Positions 44,302 through 53,696 of a stretch of DNA of 61,337 nucleotides are shown one piece after another. The DNA lies in the NCBI GenBank assembly GCA_043727235.1, contig JAYSYX010000377.1:1-61337 (forward strand), in the 5' to 3' direction. The translations under genes and the position numbers were made by a program. Each line of letters begins with the position of its first letter. The first letter of the stretch is position 1. A model generated the notes under the pieces. It made no database searches. It saw only the letters and a program-made list of their open reading frames with translations, and had not been told where the DNA came from. The stretch is from Bacteroidota bacterium. Lineage in GTDB: Bacteria > Bacteroidota > Bacteroidia > Chitinophagales > BACL12.

Positions 44302-45249
44302 ATGAACTCCATCCCAACCGTAAACCTTGCCGATTTCACATCCGGAGATGAGGCAAGGAAACAAAAATTTGTTGCAGAACTTGGTAAGGCTTATCAGGAA
44401 GTAGGATTTGTGGCTGTTCAAAACCACGGAATAGACCAAAAATTGGTTGACGATTTTTATAAGTCCGTGGAAGATTTTTTTTCACTTCCGGAAAATACAA
44501 AAAGAAAATATGAGGTTCCCGGTTTAGCCGGACAACGTGGATATACCTCCTTCGGTAAAGAACATGCGAAACATAGTCAGGCAGCTGATCTGAAAGAATT
44601 TTGGCAAATTGGCCAAACCGTTACAGATGGAGAATTTATATCAGATAATTATCCCGAAAATGTTAAGGTGAGTGAGATGCCCAAATTTAATGATCTTGGA
44701 TACAGATTATACCGCAGTTTTGAAAATTCCGGCCGATATCTGTTGCAATCACTCGCCTTGTTTTTAGGATTGGATGAATTTTATTTTGATGAAAAGATCC
44801 ATAATGGTAATTCTATTTTAAGGGCGATCTACTACCCACCAATTACTCAGGAACCAGCCTCCGCAATTCGCGCTGAACAACATGAAGATATTAATTTGAT
44901 TACATTATTAGTTGGTGCAAGCGCTGATGGTCTGGAAGTTATGGATACTGCCGGAAATTGGATCGCAGTTAAAACCGCACCAACCGAAATTGTGGTGAAT
45001 GTTGGAGATATGCTTCAGCGCCTTACAAATAATGAATTAAAATCAACCACACACAGAGTGGTAAATCCACCACGCGAAAGATGGCACACTCCGCGTTTCT
45101 CCATACCATTCTTTTTGCACCCAAAATCCGAAATGGATCTCACATGCCTTTCCTCTTGTATCACCACACAAAACCCATTAAACTATGAGCCGATCACAGC
45201 CGGGGAATATTTAAATGAAAGGCTCAGGGAGATAGGATTAAAAAAGTAA
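44302..45249 (+). CDS. 2-oxoglutarate/Fe(II)-dependent oxygenase (isopenicillin N synthase-like family)
   Basis: 315 aa. GFVAVQNHGI, the H-x-D facial triad HEDINLITLL, a distal His in STTHRV, and RFSIPFF. Confidence 0.85.
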   Translation: MNSIPTVNLADFTSGDEARKQKFVAELGKAYQEVGFVAVQNHGIDQKLVDDFYKSVEDFFSLPENTKRKYEVPGLAGQRGYTSFGKEHAKHSQAADLKEFWQIGQTVTDGEFISDNYPENVKVSEMPKFNDLGYRLYRSFENSGRYLLQSLALFLGLDEFYFDEKIHNGNSILRAIYYPPITQEPASAIRAEQHEDINLITLLVGASADGLEVMDTAGNWIAVKTAPTEIVVNVGDMLQRLTNNELKSTTHRVVNPPRERWHTPRFSIPFFLHPKSEMDLTCLSSCITTQNPLNYEPITAGEYLNERLREIGLKK

Positions 45250-45408
45250 CCGTTGATGTTAATGGACTGTAGTAATGCTTTTAATTTTTAATGAATTTTT
45301 TAAACTTGTTACAAATAAATCGACCATGCAATAATTCATACAATTGTTATGGTTATTTTTGAGACATTAATGATAAAGTGCTAATTGTAAAACATCTAAA
45401 AAGTTATT

Positions 45409-46191
45409 ATGAAAAATCGAATACTCTTTCTTCTCCTTTCCATTGCAACAATTAATGCCTTTGGTCAAACTGGATTTCATGCTGGATTAAATGCTGGATT
45501 TAACAGCGTTTGGATCGTAAATCAGAATATTTATGGTTATAAAGAACTTGATTATTTGAGAAATTTTGGTGTGGTTCCCGGTGTGGCACTGGGATATAAT
45601 TTTACAGATAATATGGGTGTTCAGTTGGAGTTAAATTATGCACCTTTAGGACAAGATTATTTTGATTTATCCAGCTCTTTCAGCCAGGCCGATGATGGTC
45701 AAGGAAAAAAACTTAAAGTAGAAACATTCCGTTATGTAGATCTGAATTATTTATCCATTCCTATTTTATTCAGATATCAATCAACCCGCGCCAAAAAATC
45801 GATTATTTCTTACCATGTAATGATTGGGCCAACTATTGGATTCTTATTATCGGCAGATCAGAAGTTTGAGGCAGATGTTTTTGATGATGGAAATATTGTT
45901 ACCCTGGATAATAGTATAATATTGGATACCGTTGTTGCCGAATTTGCAAAAACGGATGCAATTGAACCTATGGAAGATTATTTTTCAAAATTGGATTTCG
46001 GATTTTCTGCTGATGCCGGAGTAGATATTTATATAAATGATAATTTGTTTGTTACACCTGCAATAAAAGTGTATTACGGATTAACAGATATCAATTCAGA
46101 ACCAACAAGAGATGTGCAAGGATATGCATCTTCTCATAATTTTTTCGGGGGATTATATGTTGGAATACATTATTTGTTTAAAGCGGATTGA
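45409..46191 (+). CDS. Outer-membrane beta-barrel (porin-family) protein
   Basis: 260 aa. Signal peptide, alternating amphipathic beta strands (GVQLELNYAPLG, FGFSADAGVDIYI, FGGLYVGIHYLF), aromatic C-terminus. Confidence 0.7.
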   Translation: MKNRILFLLLSIATINAFGQTGFHAGLNAGFNSVWIVNQNIYGYKELDYLRNFGVVPGVALGYNFTDNMGVQLELNYAPLGQDYFDLSSSFSQADDGQGKKLKVETFRYVDLNYLSIPILFRYQSTRAKKSIISYHVMIGPTIGFLLSADQKFEADVFDDGNIVTLDNSIILDTVVAEFAKTDAIEPMEDYFSKLDFGFSADAGVDIYINDNLFVTPAIKVYYGLTDINSEPTRDVQGYASSHNFFGGLYVGIHYLFKAD

Positions 46192-46212
46192 TATCAATTT
46201 AAAGTATAATTA

Positions 46213-46247
46213 TAAACCCTTTCGTTTTTGCGGAAGGGTTTTTTATT
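46213..46247 (+). terminator. Intrinsic terminator after the OMP gene
   Basis: aaaccctttcg / tttttg / cggaagggttt forms an 11-bp stem, followed by ttttattt. It lies 22 nt after the stop at 46191. Confidence 0.75.
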
Positions 46248-46406
46248 TATATACTTAGACAAGGGATTGTAACATGTGATTGTTTGTTTTGGCCAATATT
46301 ATGACTGCGACGAAAAAACAATTAAATTATTTTTGGTAAAATATTTTAATATTCGAAAGAAATAGAATGTAGTTGCGCGAATTGTAAAAAAAATATTCAT
46401 TATTTG

Positions 46407-46672
46407 GCGGTTAATTCGTGCTTTCGTGTGGATTATTTTTTAACTATGCGGATGAAAAAGGAGGCCACGAATGCACGAATAAAAAATAAATATTAAAAAT
46501 AAAATTACAATAAACCCTCCTCTTCGGCTGTTTATTCGTGCATTCGTGGCAACTTTTTTTAGCCCACATTTCGGATGAAAAAAATAGCCACGAATGCACG
46601 AATACAAATTAAAAAATTAAAAGTAAATTACAAACAGCCCATCTCTTTGGCTATTTATTTATGCAGCTACCT
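46407..46672. repeat. Tandem array (~123-nt period, about 2.5 units) of inverted cacgaat-word arms
   Basis: Left arms gccacgaatgcacgaata at 46464 and 46587. Right arms (ggctgtttattcgtgcattcgtggc and decayed versions) near 46407, 46526 and 46650. The pair 46464..46483 / 46531..46550 is a perfect 20-nt inverted repeat. Confidence 0.75.
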
Positions 46673-46716
46673 GACGATATTAGCAGGGAAGTTCGTGGTG
46701 AAATTTTTTGGAAAGC

Positions 46717-46760
46717 AAAACCCCGAAGAGAGCGACAAAATAGGCTCTTCTCGGGGTTTT
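46717..46760 (-). terminator. Intrinsic terminator after the lysyl-oxidase-like gene (structurally bidirectional)
   Basis: aaaaccccgaagagagc / 10-nt loop / gctcttctcggggtttt forms a 17-bp stem with one mismatch. It has an A-run on one side and a T-run on the other, and lies 58 nt after the stop at 46818. Confidence 0.7.
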
Positions 46761-46817
46761 ATTTACAATGAGTGAACACATTCCATTTATAATTATGAAA
46801 TTCGCTCAGCTTCAGGG

Positions 46818-48887
46818 TTATTCAACAATTATATTTTTGCTCACTGCATTTCCTTCTGAAATAATTTTTACCAAATAAACACCGGATGCATTACCGGAAA
46901 CATTTACCGCTACATTTATTTCGCCATTTGCATTGGAAATTGTTTTATTAAAGATCTGTTGACCTGTAACATTTGCAACAGTTATTATTAATTCTTCTAT
47001 AGGAGCAGTATTTAATGCTATATTAAATTCTGTATTTGCAGGATTCGGATAAACATTAAATGAATTTAATGAAGAAATATCTCCTATTGCAGAACATACT
47101 TTTACTTCCACATCCACGGATGCCCGGTCGCTTTGACAAGAAAATATTCCTGTGCCTGTAACATGCCAGTCGTAGAAATAATAAAAACGACTTTCATCAT
47201 AACTGCTGTTTGTGATACTGATCAATCCATCAATATTATATGGATAATCAGTGCCCGCAGAACTGCGTTTTAAAAATGGAGAAATTTCCCCGAATGTATC
47301 ATCATTTACATCATCGTTAGTTCCTAAACGATATCCAGTTCCTGCAGGAACATCAAAATTTAAATCGATTACAGTTGTTCCTTCCGGAATGTCCACTAAT
47401 AAATAATCAATAACTACGTCTGCCGCATTTCTTAATTCGATTTGGCGTTCACCTGGATAATCCGTTATAACCTTTACCGAACTTAAAGTAATATCTTCAA
47501 ATACATCAAATACTTCATATCCATTATAGGGAGATCCGGTGCTATAATCAGATCCTTCGTGATCAACCTGACCAACATATGCATCTATATAAGTTATAGT
47601 TTCATCAATATTCTCAGCATAAAATGTGGTATTTTCAAAAAGATCTGCAGTTGTTAATGTTGTTCCTGTTCCCAACAAAGTTCCGCCAATTGCTGCATCA
47701 TACCAATTAACAACGCCATCTGCAGTTGCATTAATTAAAGCAGGTTCGCCTGCACATACAGCCTCTACAGCAGCAATGGTTGGAGGAGCCGTTTCAAGAA
47801 ATTCTATTGTAATGGTATCAGTAAATAAATTTCCGCATTCTCTTTCTACATAACAATAATATTCTCCCGATTCAGTAACGGTAATAGTATTTGTAGTAGC
47901 ACCATTCGACCAGGTATATGCTAAACCAATTGGAGAAGTACTTAATTCAATTGATTCGCTGGCACAAATAGTTAAAGTACCCGGTGTTATCATAGAACCA
48001 CCTGAATAATTTACTGGTAAAGAAGTAACATCTTCCGGTTGGTCAGTTAATGTAATTGGTACCGCACTCACATTATTATTATCACTTTCTTCGAGATAAT
48101 TATTGTTGGGGTCTATTTGCACTACTATCATATAATCGCCGTTGCAAACTCCATCGGGAACATCAATTGACATTCCATCGAGGTAGTAATCATAAATATC
48201 TAAATATCCAACAGAGATTCCCTGATTGGTAATGCCACAATTATATCCGCCACCACCTAAACCGTAATTATCGATATCGTTTGTAACAACAGTACCATCA
48301 TCTTCACGACAATGTCCATAATTACCGGGTGATGCACAATTTGCAAGATCCATCAAACAAAATCCCATTTTTGAGCCATAACCAATAATCGGCCATTCGG
48401 TCGGATCTTCAACACCATCAATTGCTTTCCGCAAAGTAAATACTCCCCAATCATCTGTATGAAAGTGTCCGTGATCAGGATGATAGGTCATGGAACCTGC
48501 ATTTTGATCCCAGTATGTCATTGTGCTACCATTTTTATGATAGATTCTTTGGTCAATAATCTGATGAGGAGCAGAACCGTCGGGACAAGTTTCCAAACCT
48601 GTGGCATCGTAAATAGTGTCGGTGCCACAAACAAAATAATCAGTTTCTATTACTCTTAAAGGTCCGTGACCAATATTTGGTGTCCCTACTGAAAGCAGTA
48701 TCTCGCCTGGATTTTCGATCAGGGAGCCCGCCTCCATTAAAAGGTCATCTGAAGAGGTAATGTCCGGAAGCAGGTCGCAATCCGAACTACCATCCAAACA
48801 ATCGCAATCGGTGGCATTAGTGGTGGTACATTGGGTCTGTACAACAAAAGGTGCGGCTGTCAGTAAAAGAAGTAAGATCTTTTTCAT
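46818..48887 (-). CDS. Secreted lysyl-oxidase-like copper amine oxidase domain protein with Ig-like repeats and T9SS CTD
   Basis: 689 aa with a signal peptide. YHPDHGHFHTDDW has the H-x2-H-x-H-x-H spacing of the LOX copper site WHSCHQHYHS. GSKMGFCLMD resembles GHKASFCLED, and GISVGYLDIYDYYLDGMSIDV..GDYMIVVQIDPNNNYLEESDNNN resembles [40 protein letters not shown]. C-terminal VYPNPANTEFNI..GVYLV is a T9SS CTD. Confidence 0.75.
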   Translation of the reverse strand: MKKILLLLLTAAPFVVQTQCTTTNATDCDCLDGSSDCDLLPDITSSDDLLMEAGSLIENPGEILLSVGTPNIGHGPLRVIETDYFVCGTDTIYDATGLETCPDGSAPHQIIDQRIYHKNGSTMTYWDQNAGSMTYHPDHGHFHTDDWGVFTLRKAIDGVEDPTEWPIIGYGSKMGFCLMDLANCASPGNYGHCREDDGTVVTNDIDNYGLGGGGYNCGITNQGISVGYLDIYDYYLDGMSIDVPDGVCNGDYMIVVQIDPNNNYLEESDNNNVSAVPITLTDQPEDVTSLPVNYSGGSMITPGTLTICASESIELSTSPIGLAYTWSNGATTNTITVTESGEYYCYVERECGNLFTDTITIEFLETAPPTIAAVEAVCAGEPALINATADGVVNWYDAAIGGTLLGTGTTLTTADLFENTTFYAENIDETITYIDAYVGQVDHEGSDYSTGSPYNGYEVFDVFEDITLSSVKVITDYPGERQIELRNAADVVIDYLLVDIPEGTTVIDLNFDVPAGTGYRLGTNDDVNDDTFGEISPFLKRSSAGTDYPYNIDGLISITNSSYDESRFYYFYDWHVTGTGIFSCQSDRASVDVEVKVCSAIGDISSLNSFNVYPNPANTEFNIALNTAPIEELIITVANVTGQQIFNKTISNANGEINVAVNVSGNASGVYLVKIISEGNAVSKNIIVE

Positions 48888-49098
48888 AATAACTTTTTAG
48901 AGATTTGAGGCCTGTAGTTTCAAATGGTGAGGAAAGGTAGAAATATTTTGGGGGATTTACAAAATTGGGGGGATTGCTTTGACATTGCTGCGCAATGTCG
49001 CGCAATGATTTATTACACCAAGGTGTTTTAAGTCATTGCGAGTGCAGGTCTTTTGTGATGTTCAATATTCCTATTAGTGAACGATGAGGAGGTCTTCT

Positions 49099-50124
49099 TC
49101 AGGATTTGATTTCCCAGATCTCCGATCCTCTCAATAGTTTGTCAAGATCAGGAACTCCTTTTCCTAATGCTGCATTTAATTGATCGGTCATCATATCTTC
49201 ATAGGTCGGGCGCGCGCTGTTTGCGTAAAAAATTCCGAAAGGACGAGGCAAATGACCTTCGTTTGCAGGATTATCAAAAATGCGCGCTAATATTTGTGCT
49301 TTATAAATATCTGTTTCGTCGTGGATCCAAAGATCATCTTTAGAAAATCCTGCAGTAAGATCAACGGAGATTGGAGTAAATCCATCTAATTTAATTCCTT
49401 TATTATCGCCATCACCATAAACCAATGGTTGACCGTGACGAACAAAAAGATCATTTTCTTTTTTTGTTGCTTTTTCTGTGAATGCTTCAAAAGCTCCATC
49501 ATTAAAAATATTGCAATTCTGATATATTTCTAAAAAAGAAGTTCCTTTATGTGCATTTGCGCGAATTAATGCTTCCTGCAAATGTGCAGGATCTCTGTCC
49601 ATACTTCTCGCAACAAAAGTTGCATCAGCACCCAATGCCAAAGCTGCCGGATTAAATGGATGATCAATACTTCCAACAGGAGTTGATTTAGCAACTTTTC
49701 CAACCGGTGATGTTGGAGAATATTGTCCTTTTGTTAAACCATAAATTTCGTTGTTGAATAATAAAATATTCACATTAAAATTTCTGCGCAATAAATGAAT
49801 CATGTGGTTTCCACCAATAGATAAACCATCACCATCTCCCGTAACTATCCAAACACTAAGATCAGGACGAGCAGCTTTTAATCCTGAGGCAACAGCAGTT
49901 GCGCGACCGTGAATACTGTGCATTCCGAAAGTATTTGTATAATATGGAAAGCGTGATGAACAGCCGATTCCAGACACCACCACAATATTTTCTCTGGCTA
50001 TACCTAAGCCAGGTAATACTGTATGTACTTGTTTCAAAATTGAATAATCACCACAACCCGGGCACCACCGTACTTCCTGGTCAGTTTGAAAATCTTTCGC
50101 TGTTAATTGAATCGTTTCACCCAT
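49099..50124 (-). CDS. korB: 2-oxoglutarate (2-oxoacid):ferredoxin oxidoreductase beta subunit
   Basis: 341 aa. WCPGCGDYSIL, GIGCSSR and the TPP-binding GDGDGLSIGGNH are typical. Confidence 0.92.
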   Translation of the reverse strand: MGETIQLTAKDFQTDQEVRWCPGCGDYSILKQVHTVLPGLGIARENIVVVSGIGCSSRFPYYTNTFGMHSIHGRATAVASGLKAARPDLSVWIVTGDGDGLSIGGNHMIHLLRRNFNVNILLFNNEIYGLTKGQYSPTSPVGKVAKSTPVGSIDHPFNPAALALGADATFVARSMDRDPAHLQEALIRANAHKGTSFLEIYQNCNIFNDGAFEAFTEKATKKENDLFVRHGQPLVYGDGDNKGIKLDGFTPISVDLTAGFSKDDLWIHDETDIYKAQILARIFDNPANEGHLPRPFGIFYANSARPTYEDMMTDQLNAALGKGVPDLDKLLRGSEIWEIKS

Positions 50125-50230
50125 GTCATTTATTAATTTGATAGTCTGGTAATTTATTAATTGTTTAAATTTAAGTGGCCGATTATGGTTACTTGAATTT
50201 TAATTTGAAATCGATGCGGCTGTTCCATTT

Positions 50231-50260
50231 GCTAATTAGCTAATTGGCTAATCTGCTAAT
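50231..50260 (+). repeat. 8-nt word array gctaatNN x4 in the korA-korB spacer
   Basis: gctaat at 50231, 50239, 50247 and 50255, an exact 8-nt period. It overlaps the korA stop codon and last codons. It is the reverse complement of the attagc words at 52217..52265. Confidence 0.8.
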
Positions 50261-52086
50261 TCTTTTAAAATAACCTCAATCAATTCTGTACTCGTAATCG
50301 GAGTTCCTTTAATTTTATTATATGCAATTGCCGGAATCATAAATTTATCTCTGATCACTTTTACCAATTGTCCGTTATTGATTTCAGGAATAATTACTTT
50401 GTCGTAATTAAATAATATCTCTCCTAAATTTTTAGGAAAAGGTTTTATATAACGCAAATGTGCGTGAGCAATTCCTGTATAACCATCAGCCAATAAATGA
50501 TTAACTGCACTTTGAATGGAACCATAAGTTGATCCCCATCCCAACACTAAAATTTTTCCTTTTTCCGGACCACTTTCAATTTTTTGGAGCGGAATATAAT
50601 CAGCGATCCGTTCTATTTTTTCCTCCCGCAATTTCACCATGAATTCATGGTTTTCAGGATCGTAAGAAATATTTCCTGTTTCCGCTTCTTTTTCTAATCC
50701 GCCGATGCGATGTTCCAAACCTTTTGTTCCCGGAATTGCCCAGGGACGAGATAATTTTTCATCGCGTTTATATGGTAAATAAGTGGACCCATCTTCAATT
50801 GGTTTTGCAAATTCCACTTTAATTTCCGGAAGGTCTTCTGCTTTCGGGAATTTCCAGGGTTCAGCTCCGTTGGCGATATAACCATCACTTAAGAACATAA
50901 CAGGAGTCATGTGTTGTAATGCAATTCTACAAGCTTCAAAAGCCGTTTCAAAAGCATCGCTTGCAGTTGCCGCAGCAATAACAGGCATCGGACATTCACC
51001 GTTTCTTCCGTAAAGCGCTTGTAAAAGATCGGCTTGTTCCGTTTTTGTTGGCATACCTGTGGAAGGACCTGCTCTTTGAATATTTACTACAACCAAAGGC
51101 ATTTCAAGCATTACTGCAAGACCTATTGCTTCCCCTTTAAGTGCAATGCCCGGACCTGAAGTAGTTGTTAAAGCCAAATGACCACCAAAAGCAGCTCCTA
51201 TTGCTGAACAAATTGCAGCTATTTCATCTTCCGCCTGAAATGTGCGGATTCCGAAATTTTTATACTTTGCTAAAAAATGTAAAATATCTGACGCCGGAGT
51301 GATAGGGTATGAACCTAAAAACAAAGGCAATCCCGATTTTTGAGATGCAGCTATAAATCCCATGGAAGCCGCATCGTTACCAATGATGGAGCGATAAGTT
51401 CCGGGATCTAATTTTGCTGCTTCTACCTTATAGCGGGAGGAAAATACTTCCGTGGTATCGGCATAATTATAACCTGCCTTTAAAGCTCTTAAGTTAGCCT
51501 CAAGAATATCCGGTTTTTTAGAAAACTTCGCATTTAAAAAACGTTCGGTAGAATCGGTTGATCTGCTATACATATAATACAGAAATCCTAACACGAACAT
51601 ATTCTTACAACGGTCTTTTTCCTTAACACCCATAGTGATATCGGAAAGTGCTTCGCGGGTAAGTTTTGTAACGTCAATTTTTATCACTTCATATCCTTCC
51701 AAAGTACCATCTTCCAAAGGATTGGTGGCTGCATTGGCGAGACGCATGTTTTTGGCATCAAAACCATCGGTATTTACTATAACTATAGCGCCTTTTTTAA
51801 TCGCGGTAAGGTTCACTTTTAGAGCAGCCACGTTCATAGCCACCAACACATCACACAGATCGCCGGGAGTATAGATCTTACGGCTGCTGAAATGTAACTG
51901 AAATCCTGAAACACCTGGTAAAGTACCTATCGGTGCCCGAATTTCAGCAGGGAAGTCAGGAAATGTAGCCAGATCGGAACCCAAAAGGGCTGTATTTGTA
52001 GTAAATTGTCCGCCTGTTAGCTGCATTCCATCACCACTATCGCCGGCAAATTTGATCACTACGTCTTCAAGAACTTGAATGTCCAT
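50248..52086 (-). CDS. korA: 2-oxoglutarate (2-oxoacid):ferredoxin oxidoreductase alpha subunit
   Basis: I prefer Met30 of the track ORF (MDIQVLEDVVIKFAGDSGDGMQLTG, the canonical N-terminus). The 29-codon extension to 52173 is encoded by gtaccaat word repeats. GSYPITPASD and GPSTGMPTK motifs are present. Confidence 0.92.
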   Translation of the reverse strand: MDIQVLEDVVIKFAGDSGDGMQLTGGQFTTNTALLGSDLATFPDFPAEIRAPIGTLPGVSGFQLHFSSRKIYTPGDLCDVLVAMNVAALKVNLTAIKKGAIVIVNTDGFDAKNMRLANAATNPLEDGTLEGYEVIKIDVTKLTREALSDITMGVKEKDRCKNMFVLGFLYYMYSRSTDSTERFLNAKFSKKPDILEANLRALKAGYNYADTTEVFSSRYKVEAAKLDPGTYRSIIGNDAASMGFIAASQKSGLPLFLGSYPITPASDILHFLAKYKNFGIRTFQAEDEIAAICSAIGAAFGGHLALTTTSGPGIALKGEAIGLAVMLEMPLVVVNIQRAGPSTGMPTKTEQADLLQALYGRNGECPMPVIAAATASDAFETAFEACRIALQHMTPVMFLSDGYIANGAEPWKFPKAEDLPEIKVEFAKPIEDGSTYLPYKRDEKLSRPWAIPGTKGLEHRIGGLEKEAETGNISYDPENHEFMVKLREEKIERIADYIPLQKIESGPEKGKILVLGWGSTYGSIQSAVNHLLADGYTGIAHAHLRYIKPFPKNLGEILFNYDKVIIPEINNGQLVKVIRDKFMIPAIAYNKIKGTPITSTELIEVILKELAD

Positions 52087-52122
52087 AATTATTGAGAGAA
52101 AATTTGTGCAAAGGTAGGGAAA

Positions 52123-52166
52123 AATGTACCAATGTACCGATGAAATTAATGTACCAATGAACAGCC
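52123..52166 (+). repeat. Word array atgtacc(a/g)at x3 ending ..gaacagcc
   Basis: atgtacc at 52124, 52132 and 52149. The reverse complement resembles 56672..56698 (ggctgttaattggtacatcggtacatt). Confidence 0.7.
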
Positions 52167-52216
52167 GCGTCAACGAAACACCGGTAGATTTTAGAAACGA
52201 TTAAAAGATATCGATT

Positions 52217-52265
52217 ATTAGCAAATTAGCAGGGAATGCTGCGCATTCGGGATTAGCAAATTAGC
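52217..52265 (+). repeat. Word-hairpin-word module: attagcaa x2, gaatgc-tgc-gcattc, attagcaa x2
   Basis: attagc at 52217, 52225, 52252 and 52260. The central 6-bp hairpin is 52234..52248. Confidence 0.75.
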
Positions 52266-52437
52266 AAATGGGGAATTCCGGTAAGTTTATAGTTTTGGGA
52301 ACTGACCAGGGCGATTGTTATTCCGAAAAATTGGATGAAAATCACCAAAATGGGGATTAACTTAAATTTGCGATGTCAGTTTATGTGAAGTATAAATTAC
52401 CCACTTACCAGTTTAATAAATTAACAAATGTCCATCG

Positions 52438-52475
52438 CTCGACCTCACAGGTTTGGGAAACCTGTGAGGTCTGAG
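52438..52475 (+). repeat. H1-family stem-loop, copy 2
   Basis: ctcgacctcacaggttt / ggg / aaacctgtgaggtctgag. It has the same bulged t as copy 1, and the inner triplet acc/ggt is replaced by cac/gtg. Confidence 0.75.
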
Positions 52476-52610
52476 ACGGGGGAAGTAAAAACTTACATTG
52501 GAATAATTTCTAATTTAACCTAAAATGGTTCCATTTGTATAAACAAATAACACCTTCAGTATATTGCGAATTGATGACTAAAAATACAACCAGATAAGTA
52601 TCTTTATAAG

Positions 52611-53588
52611 ATGAGAATTCCAATTTTCTTTTTATTTTATATGATTTGCAGTTTGGTAAAAAGCCAAACGGAGATAAACTTTTTTAATGAATTTCTTTTG
52701 GGAGGTGAGGCAAAAAATAATACTAAAATCATTTCTATTAATAAAGTTGCTACTTTGTCAAAAATAACTGTTGACTACCAAGAAACCACACCGGATACTT
52801 CTGAAATTGAAGAATTTGAGTATTATAAAAATGGGTTTCAAAAAAAATACAATATGACAGATTATCAAAGTAATTATATCTATAGAGCAAATTACAATTA
52901 TCGCGCTAAAAAGTATTTAGGTGGTAGTAGTTTGTATCAAAAGATAGTAGATGAAGACACAATGGTAATTAGTTTTTCAAAATTATATAAATACGAAAAT
53001 AATATGAAAGTTAAAATCTCTACTGAAGGAAATTATTGGAATGAGGAATTTATAGAAACCGATTCGACCATTTATATTTATAAAAGTAAAAACCTCATTT
53101 CGCAACAAAGGTATATTCAAGCAATTTTAGTTTACAAGGAAGAATATTTTTATAATCGAAATAACAGGCTAGATTCTATACTTTTCTTATCCCAAGATAG
53201 TAGTGTAAGAAAAACAATTTATTATTACGACAATCAGTTGCGTTTAATAAAAAAAATCGACACAAAATCAAAAAATTCATTAAACTACGATACAGATTAC
53301 ATTTTTAAAATGGAATACCAATATAATGATAATGATCAAATTGAGCAAATAAATCACATTCAACTTTCTAATCAACAAGAATGGAATAAAATAACCAAAG
53401 TTAAATATCATGAAAATAAGCAGGTTGAAATTTGGAGGGATACAGGCGGAATAAATGGTGAGGATACAAAAGAAGTATATTTATTTTCAGATAAGCTACT
53501 TTTATTAAAAGTCATGGATTATACATTTAAAAATGAAGTATGGGAGTTAACCTCTGAAGAAACATGTGATTATACTTATTTTAAATAA
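52611..53588 (+). CDS. Hypothetical secreted protein with YD/RHS-like short repeats
   Basis: 325 aa with a signal peptide (MRIPIFFLFYMICSLVKSQ). It has recurring Y-x-Y-(D/N)-x-x-N/Q-x-L motifs (IYYYDNQLRLIKKID, YQYNDNDQIEQINH, YFYNRNNRLDSILF). I recognise no confident family. Confidence 0.5.
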   Translation: MRIPIFFLFYMICSLVKSQTEINFFNEFLLGGEAKNNTKIISINKVATLSKITVDYQETTPDTSEIEEFEYYKNGFQKKYNMTDYQSNYIYRANYNYRAKKYLGGSSLYQKIVDEDTMVISFSKLYKYENNMKVKISTEGNYWNEEFIETDSTIYIYKSKNLISQQRYIQAILVYKEEYFYNRNNRLDSILFLSQDSSVRKTIYYYDNQLRLIKKIDTKSKNSLNYDTDYIFKMEYQYNDNDQIEQINHIQLSNQQEWNKITKVKYHENKQVEIWRDTGGINGEDTKEVYLFSDKLLLLKVMDYTFKNEVWELTSEETCDYTYFK

Positions 53589-53696
53589 ATATAAGATTTG
53601 TTAACTAAAAATAAATTAATAAAACTCCATTAGATTTTGTTACTTTGAAGAATGAGTGAATGATTATTTGTGGATATTTAATAAATAAATTTTCAG

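Noticed and set aside
44012-46672. Possibility that the tandem arrays at 44012..44281 or 46407..46672 are CRISPR arrays.
   Set aside because: Their periods are 138 and about 123 nt with only 2-2.5 units. The units are internally palindromic word arms rather than 25-40 nt direct repeats separated by unique spacers. No cas genes are in the window.
46575-46775. 66-aa plus-strand ORF in the OMP / LOX-like gene spacer.
   Set aside because: It runs through the cacgaat repeat unit and the bidirectional terminator hairpin. I recognise no homology features.
52087-52173. 29-codon N-terminal extension of korA in the ORF track (MTRLFIGTLISSVHWYIF..).
   Set aside because: The extension is encoded by the gtaccaat word array. 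The canonical KorA N-terminus MDIQVLEDVVIKFAGDSGDGMQ starts at the internal ATG (52086).
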